Origin: an uncultured Chlorobiaceae bacterium
GTDB taxonomy: Bacteria > Bacteroidota > Ignavibacteria > UBA10030 > SZUA-254
Length of the DNA stretch: 32,000 bases
Direction of reading: 5' to 3'
NCBI GenBank assembly: GCA_964520905.1
Contig: CAZFQL010000011.1
Coordinates: 9,986 to 41,985 of the forward strand
Both the position numbers and the translations under genes were made by a program. Shown here piece after piece: positions 10,621 to 17,065 of this stretch (positions are counted from its first letter, which is position 1; each line of letters starts with the position of its first letter). The notes below the pieces were generated by a model. That model was not told the DNA's origin. It saw nothing but the letters and a program-made list of their open reading frames with translations, and made no database searches.

Positions 10621-10724
10621 ATCAATGTTTCAATCTCTTCAATTTCTTTCAGCACAGACTTCGTCATTACTTCACAGCCGGATGTAGTCACAAGCACATC
10701 ATCCTCGATCCGAATTCCGGAGAT
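10620..10724 (-). pseudogene. C-terminal remnant of an M24B Xaa-Pro aminopeptidase (pepP paralogue fragment)
   Basis: The minus-strand translation GIRIEDDVLVTTSGCEVMTKSVLKEIEEIE matches the C-terminus of the intact pepP at 27650-28957 (GIRIEDDVLVTGSDCEVLTKDVPKEIEDIE, 24/30). A 20-nt block is identical (10687-10706 = 27729-27748). An in-frame stop at 10740-10742 leaves no upstream coding sequence. Confidence 0.75.
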
Positions 10725-10748
10725 TTGATCCTGATCAGATCAACCCTA

Positions 10749-11711
10749 CTACGCCAACTTATCTGAGAATTGTTCTGTTCCTTCCTCATGCCAATGTGTT
10801 TCGATAGTGAGATGTGTAATTTCTTTTAAACCACTTAATGTTTTCCGGTAGCGTTCGACTGAGTGTGGCATGGTCGAACATACCGACACAATGCATGCGT
10901 AGCGCGCGTCGCTAACGCGCCACAGATGAAGATCATTCACCTTGCTGCTGCCATCAACCTCAATAGCCGTTTTTATTCGTTCTACTAAAGGTGAATCCAT
11001 TTCTCTGTCCAACAGAATTGCCGAGCTATCACGCAAGAGGGAAACAGTCCATCGGGCAATCATGGCTGCGCCGACCAATCCCGCCATAGGATCGAGCCAA
11101 ATCCATCCAAACATTTGCCCTCCAATAAGAGCAGCAATAGCAAGTACCGATGTTGCAGCATCGGCAAGAACATGGAGATACGCTGACCGAAGATTTAAGT
11201 CGTGATGAGTGTGAGACGAATGTGAAGATTCAGAGTGAGAGGAATGTTTATGTGTACTGCCGACATTCATAATAAACGCACTGACGATGTTTACCAGCAA
11301 GCCGGCAACAGCAACAATTATTGCTAAAGTGTAATCGATAGCTTGAGGATTCATTAAACGGTCGATAGATGCAACAATTAACGAGAGTCCAACGATGCCG
11401 AGAATGAGCGCACTTGAATATGCGCCAAGGATTTCTATCTTCCAGGTTCCAAACGCGTATCGTTTATCCAACGAATGGCGTCGCGCCAGCACGTATGCCA
11501 TTAGTGAAATTCCCAATGCTGTTGCGTGTGTTCCCATATGCCAACCATCAGCGAGGAGAGCCATCGAGTGAAACATCGATCCCGCCGTAATCTCTACTGC
11601 CATAGTCGCGATAGTCAACAATACGACAATTAATGTCCGTTTTTCTATATGGCGCTTCGATTCATGGAAATCGTGGTTGTGTTCATCGTTAAATGTATGT
11701 TGTATCTTCAT
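10749..11711 (-). CDS. cation diffusion facilitator (CzcD/ZitB-like Zn/Co/Cd efflux) with His-rich loop
   Basis: Six predicted TM helices, conserved HxxxD-type sites (WHMGTH, HVLADA), a His-rich loop THKHSSHSESSHSSHTHHD and a C-terminal CDF cytoplasmic domain. I prefer the start MKIQ at 11711 because GGAG lies about 8 nt upstream. Confidence 0.9.
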   Translation of the reverse strand: MKIQHTFNDEHNHDFHESKRHIEKRTLIVVLLTIATMAVEITAGSMFHSMALLADGWHMGTHATALGISLMAYVLARRHSLDKRYAFGTWKIEILGAYSSALILGIVGLSLIVASIDRLMNPQAIDYTLAIIVAVAGLLVNIVSAFIMNVGSTHKHSSHSESSHSSHTHHDLNLRSAYLHVLADAATSVLAIAALIGGQMFGWIWLDPMAGLVGAAMIARWTVSLLRDSSAILLDREMDSPLVERIKTAIEVDGSSKVNDLHLWRVSDARYACIVSVCSTMPHSVERYRKTLSGLKEITHLTIETHWHEEGTEQFSDKLA

Positions 11712-11841
11712 TATGATCTCCAAAGTAAACAAACCGGGAAGAAGTAATTCGAGTAACTGAAAGATTCAGTCTCGTTTCGTGAGATTGTTGGTCGTGTTAT
11801 GCGTTCGTGCTGCTCTTCTCACGAAGTTGTGTCCATCAATG

Positions 11842-13707
11842 TTATGCAGTAAGTTCGTAAGTGTTTGGTTCAGGTGTCCAGTCAACAATTAGTTTCATAA
11901 GCTCATTTACTTTTGCAGGATAGTTGACTGTATTTACTCCGTCAAATTTGAAATATGCAGCTCTAACTTTTCCGTGCTTTTCTGCTTTTGAAGCTGAAAC
12001 CCCAATTAAAGGTTCTAAGTCAGGATTTACTTTAATGAGTTTCCCAAAGTCGGTAGAAAGCAATGCAGCAATTTTCAAATTCTCTTTAAACATTCTCAAT
12101 GAATGTTGCTCTTTGTCGGTTTTGTCTGCTTTGTCTTCTGGAAAATCTACTGGGTCAATGTCGTGTATTACAATGTAAGGGATTTTCAAATTGTTTAGCA
12201 CTTTCATAAATGCTGTGAAGTTCGTCTTCCCTCCACAATCAGTAACACAAATATTATTCGCTGAAAAGTCAAATCGCTTGTCGTCAACTGAAAGTTTTGA
12301 TGCCCAATAAGGAATGATTTGCTTTTCTGTTTCACCTTCAACTAAAATAACTTTTCGCGCAAAAAATAATTCGCTTCGTGAGATGTCAAAGAAACTCAAA
12401 TAGCGGAAAGATTTTTTTTGGTCGTCATCTTCAAAAATATCACCTGTGTATTGAACAGCGTAAGAAGGTCCTTTCCCATTTCTTTTTACGAGTGCAATTT
12501 TGGGATATTGAAACATATCTACAAAGAACGAAGAATGAGAACACATAATGACTTGGTCATTCTTTGCAATGTCCTTCAATACATTCATCATTTTGCGTTG
12601 TCCGTTTGGATGCAAAAACAATTCAGGTTCTTCAATAGCCAAAATGAAATTTCGCTTTTGAATTTCCTCTCCAACTTTTATCTCATTTAGAAGTTTGGCA
12701 TAAACCCGAATGTAAGAGAAGATTAAAGCCCTTTGTAAACCGTGTCCTTTGTTGTCTATTGAAGTTGGAATACTGTCGTCAATAGTGATTTTAGTTTCTT
12801 TGAAAAGGTCAACTAATTCGGGAGTTACAATTTCTATTTCAACTTTACTTTCAGGCATACTTTCTGAAATTGAATCAGAAAGAGTTTGTTCAAGTTCTTT
12901 AATTTCAGTTAATCTATTTGCATCAGTTCCGTCAGCAGATCTGTTGAGAAATATCTTTAGCCCGTCTATCTGTGCTTTAACTTCTGCAAACTTTGGATTT
13001 GCTGTTACGATACGATTGGTGAGGTCATTGATTAGTTTTCCTAAACTTGTCGTTTGAGTTATCTTGCTTTCATCTTGTGCATCTTTTACAGCAGGAACAA
13101 GATAAAACTGCGGAAGCAAACTTGAAAAGTTTTCTGATAAACCTCCTGGATTAGCAATCCAACCTGCCTCGCCTAACTCTACTAATCCAGCTTCAAGATG
13201 TTGCCTCAAACCTTCTTTGTAAGATGCTTGTGTAACTTTAGCTTGTGCAGTTTTGAAATAGTCAGGTAAATGATTATCTGCAACAATTTGAGTTAAGTTG
13301 GCTTTGTACTCGTCAAATTTTGAAAGATCAAAATGTTCTAATAAAGGTTTTGCTTGCCAACCATAGAAAGCATTTTTTAATTTCTGTGTTTCTAACTCAA
13401 CTGAAATTACTCGTTTGATTTTTACTTTGTCGGTGTGTATCCAATGCTTGATATACTTCTGCTCCTTCTCTTCGTCAGTCAAGCGGCCAAATGTTAGAAT
13501 AACTTCGATTGGCTTTGTTGTGTCTTTAAAGTGAAAGTTCTCGGGACTAAAACTTTTTAAACTTTCAGAGTAAAAAAGTTCCAGTCCTTTTAAGATTGAA
13601 GATTTTCCTGAATTGTTTTCACCAATTAAAACAAGGAGGTCGTCAATATTGACTTTCAAATTTTCAATACTTCTGTAATTGTTGATTTCTATTTCCTGAA
13701 GTTTCAT
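11842..13707 (-). CDS. OLD-family nuclease (ABC-type ATPase + Toprim)
   Basis: Walker A GENNSGKSS (aa 29-37), signature-like NKGHGLQRAL (aa 319-328), Walker B FILAIEEPELFLHP (aa 354-367), H-loop MCSHS. Toprim motifs are VILVEGETE (E457/E459), DCGGK and HDID (D516/D518). The N-terminus MKLQEIEINNYRSI is typical of AAA_15/OLD proteins. Confidence 0.85.
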   Translation of the reverse strand: MKLQEIEINNYRSIENLKVNIDDLLVLIGENNSGKSSILKGLELFYSESLKSFSPENFHFKDTTKPIEVILTFGRLTDEEKEQKYIKHWIHTDKVKIKRVISVELETQKLKNAFYGWQAKPLLEHFDLSKFDEYKANLTQIVADNHLPDYFKTAQAKVTQASYKEGLRQHLEAGLVELGEAGWIANPGGLSENFSSLLPQFYLVPAVKDAQDESKITQTTSLGKLINDLTNRIVTANPKFAEVKAQIDGLKIFLNRSADGTDANRLTEIKELEQTLSDSISESMPESKVEIEIVTPELVDLFKETKITIDDSIPTSIDNKGHGLQRALIFSYIRVYAKLLNEIKVGEEIQKRNFILAIEEPELFLHPNGQRKMMNVLKDIAKNDQVIMCSHSSFFVDMFQYPKIALVKRNGKGPSYAVQYTGDIFEDDDQKKSFRYLSFFDISRSELFFARKVILVEGETEKQIIPYWASKLSVDDKRFDFSANNICVTDCGGKTNFTAFMKVLNNLKIPYIVIHDIDPVDFPEDKADKTDKEQHSLRMFKENLKIAALLSTDFGKLIKVNPDLEPLIGVSASKAEKHGKVRAAYFKFDGVNTVNYPAKVNELMKLIVDWTPEPNTYELTA

Positions 13708-13768
13708 TTTATGTCTGTCGGTTTATTTACGCACTGTCGCCAAAGCATGACGCATAACGGTTTGCGGG
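13705..13768 (-). promoter_or_regulatory. conserved 64-bp leader, copy A (immediately 5' of the OLD gene; includes its ATG)
   Basis: 47/64 identical to 15969-16032, with perfect blocks cattttat, tctgtcggtt, gcactgtcgccaaag, ataacg and gcggg. Confidence 0.7.
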
Positions 13769-13882
13769 TTTAAGAAGTGCGGGATTTCGGAGCGATAAAC
13801 TGTCCGCCAGCACAAAAGTTTGATTGAAATACAACTGCTCAATTACCCACTTCACCCCGCATTTCTTTAAACCCGCTGTTAT
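13754..13882. repeat. 129-bp imperfect palindrome between the TIR and OLD genes (attC-like architecture)
   Basis: ataac (13754-13758) pairs with gttat (13878-13882). cgggtttaa (13765-13773) pairs with ttaaacccg (13867-13875). aagaagtgcggg (13772-13783) pairs with cccgcatttctt (13856-13867) at 11/12. There are unequal bulges and a central loop of about 72 nt. Confidence 0.6.
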
Positions 13883-13907
13883 CGGCTGCCCTTCTGTCCA
13901 CCATAAT

Positions 13908-15944
13908 TTATTTTTTCGTTTCATTAGTGTCGTTCGCTTTAGATTCTGCCTCTTTGAGCCGTTGTCTAATATCGTTAATCACAAACATCATAAAGGGCAT
14001 AATTTTCTTGCACAACAATTCAGCTTTATCAAGTAGTTTTCTTGCCTCGTTGAAGTTGGATTCTTTCAATTCCATTTGAGCAATCATTGTCAAAGTTGTA
14101 ACAAGCTGCGGTGAACTTTTATCATCTTCGCAAAGTTTCAAAACTTGCTCGTAAGCCAATCGTTCTTCTTTCGGATTTTTCATTTTATGATGCACCTCTG
14201 CAATTGCTGCCCAAATATCAGGCAACTTGCTTTTGGCTGGCATGGATTCGGCTAAGCGAATTGCTCTCTGAAAAGTTTCAAGAGCTATTTCATATTTTTT
14301 CAGTCCATGTAGTGTATGTCCTTTGTTATAGAGTAACCTAAGTCGTTCTTTTGGTGATTGTGCTTCAGAAAGCAGGTTGTCAATTATTGAAAGTGAGTAT
14401 TGCTCGTATTCTTTTAGCTCCTTTTCATTTTGAGTAACCTTTGCTATGTCGGACAGTGTTTTTAATACATCAAGTTTTTGAGAATCTTTTGTTGATTCGC
14501 TTGAAAGAAGCATCAATAGAATTTTTTTTGCTTTGTCGTGTTCACCCAATTCTAAAAGCTTCATCGCATACCGAAAGAAGAACCAACTTTTTTTCCTTTC
14601 GTCTTTAATCGGGGCAGCAGTTTGTATTGCCGACTTGTAATACTTTTCTGCTTCTTTGCGATGTCCTTGCTTGTCCAATAATTCCCCACAAGCCAAAAAG
14701 CATTTAGCTGTCATATACTGGTCTTCCAACTTAATAAAGATTTCAGAAGCACTAATAATGTCTTGAACTCCTAACTTTAAATCATCGTGCATTGCTTGCA
14801 TTTCGCCTCTTTCAAGTAAAAGTCTTCCCAAATCATATTCCCAAGATTCTCCCATTTCTCTGTAGATTGAAATGGCACGGGAATATTCTGTTAATGCCTC
14901 CTCATGTTTTCTATACCCATAAATCTTTGCTCTAACCAAATGACAAAATCCATATCCTGCATTTGCTTCCACAGAAGCATCTTCTTTACCCGAAACTAAT
15001 AGTTTGGTAAAAGTATCATATGCCTCTTTGGTATAGTTGAATTGAACTTCAAATGCTTCTTTGTTTTGGTTACTAAGCATTGCTAATGCTATCCATGCCC
15101 AACCTTCTGAACATTGGTCATTTGTTGATTTTGAATACTCTAACGCAGCATTAAGAAAACCTCTCGCTTTGTCTGTATTTCCTTTGAATCTATGAACCTC
15201 TCCTAATAGCTGTAATATTCGGACAACCTGATTTCCTAGATTTGTTTTCTTAGATTCAATCAGACATTCATTTGCAATTTTAAGAGCATTATCTAAGTCA
15301 TTAGACCCTTCCGATGCTTCAATGTAGGCTAACTCAAGGCGAACTCGTATGGATAACTTTTGATTCTTTGTTTCATGTGCAGTTTCACCAATCTTGTTCC
15401 AAATTTCTTTTGATAGTTCATACTTTCCTTTTCTATTTGCCTCTTGTGCTTCTTTAATTTTTTCTTCAACTTCTTTTGGTAGGATAGAATCATCACTTTT
15501 GTTGTTAGACCAAAGAAGGTCTTCTGCATCATCACCCTGACCGCAAGCAGCCAACAATTCTTTTAAAGAGGAATCAACTGCACTGCGATAATCAACATAT
15601 CTGTATCGCTTTAGTGTGTCTGGCAAATCACAATCTTCAATTAAGACAGGAATAAATCGCCTGTTTGAATTGATAGGGTCTCTGAATAATACAGTGCTTC
15701 TTTCCAACTTGACCCAATCAGAATTAATAGCATTTGGTGAAAGGCATAAAACTAAAATCTTGGATTCTTCAAGTCCCTTTTCTACTTTCAAGTATATGTC
15801 GTCACCTGGTTTAATACACCATTCGTCAAACCAAATCTTTAGTCCATAATCTTGAAGTTTCTTTGCCATTACTCTTACTATCTCTTTGTCTTTGGAGTTG
15901 TGGCTCAAGAAAACATCATAGTTGAATTGTGTATTCTGTTTCAT
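13908..15944 (-). CDS. TIR-domain protein with long C-terminal TPR-like repeat region
   Basis: The N-terminal TIR domain (aa ~9-133; nt ~15546-15920) has YDVFLSHNSKD, GLKIWFDEWCIKPGDD and SDWVKLE, with Glu81 at the position of the catalytic Glu. The remaining ~540 aa are helical repeats with TPR-like A/Y/L/G spacing. No P-loop. Confidence 0.88.
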   Translation of the reverse strand: MKQNTQFNYDVFLSHNSKDKEIVRVMAKKLQDYGLKIWFDEWCIKPGDDIYLKVEKGLEESKILVLCLSPNAINSDWVKLERSTVLFRDPINSNRRFIPVLIEDCDLPDTLKRYRYVDYRSAVDSSLKELLAACGQGDDAEDLLWSNNKSDDSILPKEVEEKIKEAQEANRKGKYELSKEIWNKIGETAHETKNQKLSIRVRLELAYIEASEGSNDLDNALKIANECLIESKKTNLGNQVVRILQLLGEVHRFKGNTDKARGFLNAALEYSKSTNDQCSEGWAWIALAMLSNQNKEAFEVQFNYTKEAYDTFTKLLVSGKEDASVEANAGYGFCHLVRAKIYGYRKHEEALTEYSRAISIYREMGESWEYDLGRLLLERGEMQAMHDDLKLGVQDIISASEIFIKLEDQYMTAKCFLACGELLDKQGHRKEAEKYYKSAIQTAAPIKDERKKSWFFFRYAMKLLELGEHDKAKKILLMLLSSESTKDSQKLDVLKTLSDIAKVTQNEKELKEYEQYSLSIIDNLLSEAQSPKERLRLLYNKGHTLHGLKKYEIALETFQRAIRLAESMPAKSKLPDIWAAIAEVHHKMKNPKEERLAYEQVLKLCEDDKSSPQLVTTLTMIAQMELKESNFNEARKLLDKAELLCKKIMPFMMFVINDIRQRLKEAESKANDTNETKK

Positions 15945-15968
15945 TTGTTGTCAGGTCGTCTGTCTGCT

Positions 15969-16032
15969 CATTTTATATCTGTCGGTTGAAGGTTGCACTG
16001 TCGCCAAAGGGTTGCCGATAACGTGGCGCGGG
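15969..16032 (-). promoter_or_regulatory. conserved 64-bp leader, copy B (25 nt 5' of the TIR gene start)
   Basis: It shares the same five blocks as 13705-13768. The ATG that starts the OLD gene in copy A here opens only a 6-codon mini-ORF (MSRQTT-stop) ahead of the TIR ATG at 15944. Confidence 0.7.
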
Positions 16033-16210
16033 CGACAGCCCGCGCCACGATGTGACGGACGCGCTTATGAGCGAAGCGTTTGCACACTCGTTAAAATTAT
16101 TTTCGATCTTGAACATGGAACATGATATTCATAAATTCATTTGTACCTTGTGCTGAGCGAATGTCCGTCACATCTCCTGTAACAACGCATCGCGTCCTTA
16201 GCTCTTATCG
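16016..16210. repeat. composite palindromic region upstream of the TIR gene
   Basis: Perfect hairpin gtggcgcggg/cccgcgccac (16023-16048, 6-nt loop). Perfect 12-bp inverted repeat gatgtgacggac (16049-16060) / gtccgtcacatc (16163-16174). Outer pair cgataac (16016-16022) / cttatcg (16204-16210), 6/7 complementary. Confidence 0.6.
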
Positions 16211-16333
16211 TTGTTTAATTTATATAAAAAATGCTACCTAATTAACCCGTATTGATGATGTGAATATAAAAGTTTAGTCAGAAATAAACAAACTCAGTGT
16301 TCCGTAGGGAGCGTCGTTGACGAGAATTAGAAT

Positions 16334-16452
16334 GAGACTTCTGAATTATTATTCTTTGTCATGTTGAGCGAAGCGAAACATCTCGATTCTGAAGGATTTG
16401 AGACCCTTCACTTCGTTCAGGGTGACAACGTTAGTGATTTTTCAGAAGTCTC
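16334..16452. repeat. nested palindromic repeat element, copy 1 (MITE/REP-like)
   Basis: Outer perfect 12-bp inverted repeat gagacttctgaa (16334-16345) / ttcagaagtctc (16441-16452). Inner arms gtcatgttgagcgaagcgaaacatctc (16358-16384) / gagacccttcacttcgttcagggtgac (16400-26). Flanked by direct agaat (16329-33, 16453-57). Confidence 0.7.
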
Positions 16453-16462
16453 AGAATATTCA

Positions 16463-17065
16463 TTAGTACACCTTCAGCTTGATTTTTCGTTCAAAGTAAT
16501 TCCCGATCATTCCTTCCTTACCACTTCCTTTGATCGCCTCTCCTTTTGTCAGCATCACCTGCAATTGTATCTCTGTGTTTATTGCATCATCGAGTGGCTG
16601 GATGGTCATTGGCAATACAGTGATTTTTGCTCCCTCGTACACAGCGACCTTATCTCCAACAAGGCGACATGCCATTTGAAGATTCACTGCCCAGCCGGCA
16701 GCAAACTTAGATAAGGAATTCGTCTCGATTCTGGTGGGATCAATGTAGAGCCACGCATTTCGATATGGAAGTGGACTATCATCGTCTTTTGTGCGACCAA
16801 TGACGGTGAGAACGGTTCTCTGTTGACCTCGCTTCGCATCCAACAGAAACGTGCCATCGGACTGACGAAGGGATTTCATAGTCTCCTTGTCAAGAATATC
16901 AATAATCGTTTTCTGATCGTCTGCCCATGGTCCATTGTTTACATGGCAGCTCATGCACGATTTTGATTTCCCGAGAATGCCAACACCTGGTGGGTAAGCA
17001 AAAGCCCTGTCCGCTATCATCGCTAATGCAGCGAGGGTAACGATTAAAATTATCGATACTTTCAT
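16463..17065 (-). CDS. secreted monoheme c-type cytochrome-like protein, unknown family
   Basis: Signal peptide MKVSIILIVTLAALAMIADRAFA and a single CMSCH (CXXCH) haem-attachment motif. The start at 17065 forms an ATGA overlap with the tlpA-like stop, so I prefer it to the listed 17122. Confidence 0.55.
   Translation of the reverse strand: MKVSIILIVTLAALAMIADRAFAYPPGVGILGKSKSCMSCHVNNGPWADDQKTIIDILDKETMKSLRQSDGTFLLDAKRGQQRTVLTVIGRTKDDDSPLPYRNAWLYIDPTRIETNSLSKFAAGWAVNLQMACRLVGDKVAVYEGAKITVLPMTIQPLDDAINTEIQLQVMLTKGEAIKGSGKEGMIGNYFERKIKLKVY

Noticed and set aside
10389-10697. 102-aa minus-strand ORF as an intact gene
   Set aside because: Only its first ~30 residues resemble anything (the PepP C-terminus). 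The rest runs antisense through the ahcY terminator and the ahcY coding region. It is treated as a gene remnant plus chance read-through.
13731-13745. Sigma-54 or sigma-70 promoter in the conserved CTTTGGCGACAGTGC block
   Set aside because: The GG-to-GC spacing is 7 nt rather than the 10 nt of the -24/-12 class. The distance from TTGGCG to the ATAAAA box (~24 nt) is too long for a -35/-10 pair. No Bacteroidota-type TAnnTTTG box is evident.
13727-13924. 65-aa minus-strand ORF filling the TIR-OLD intergenic gap, as a possible third small component
   Set aside because: It is made almost entirely of the long palindrome and the conserved non-coding leader. Its start is buried out of frame in the last codons of the TIR gene, and no equivalent ORF exists at the paralogous region upstream of TIR. 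It cannot be fully excluded without conservation or ribosome-profiling data.
11842-15944. Assigning the pair to Gabija, PARIS, Thoeris or a retron system
   Set aside because: No UvrD-like helicase (GajB), no separate DUF4435/Toprim partner (AriB), no SIR2/SLOG ThsA and no RT or msr-msd-like repeat are present within the window. Only the individual domains match.
11842-15944. Claiming the OLD/TIR genes are a clear low-GC island
   Set aside because: Hand counts of a few 60-nt lines gave ~37-38% GC here, but also ~37-40% inside czcA and 45-55% in other core genes. The sample is too small and the background too variable to support the claim.
13700-16220. Calling a bona fide integron
   Set aside because: There is no intI-type tyrosine recombinase or attI in the window, only two or three attC-like structures, and the core boxes deviate from consensus. 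It is reported as a hypothesis only.
16361-16714. 117-aa plus-strand ORF starting MLSEAKHL
   Set aside because: Its start lies inside the palindromic repeat core and the remainder runs antisense to the cytochrome-like gene. This is a typical repeat-generated artefact. The same applies to the ORF 19756-20016 containing VILNEVKNL.
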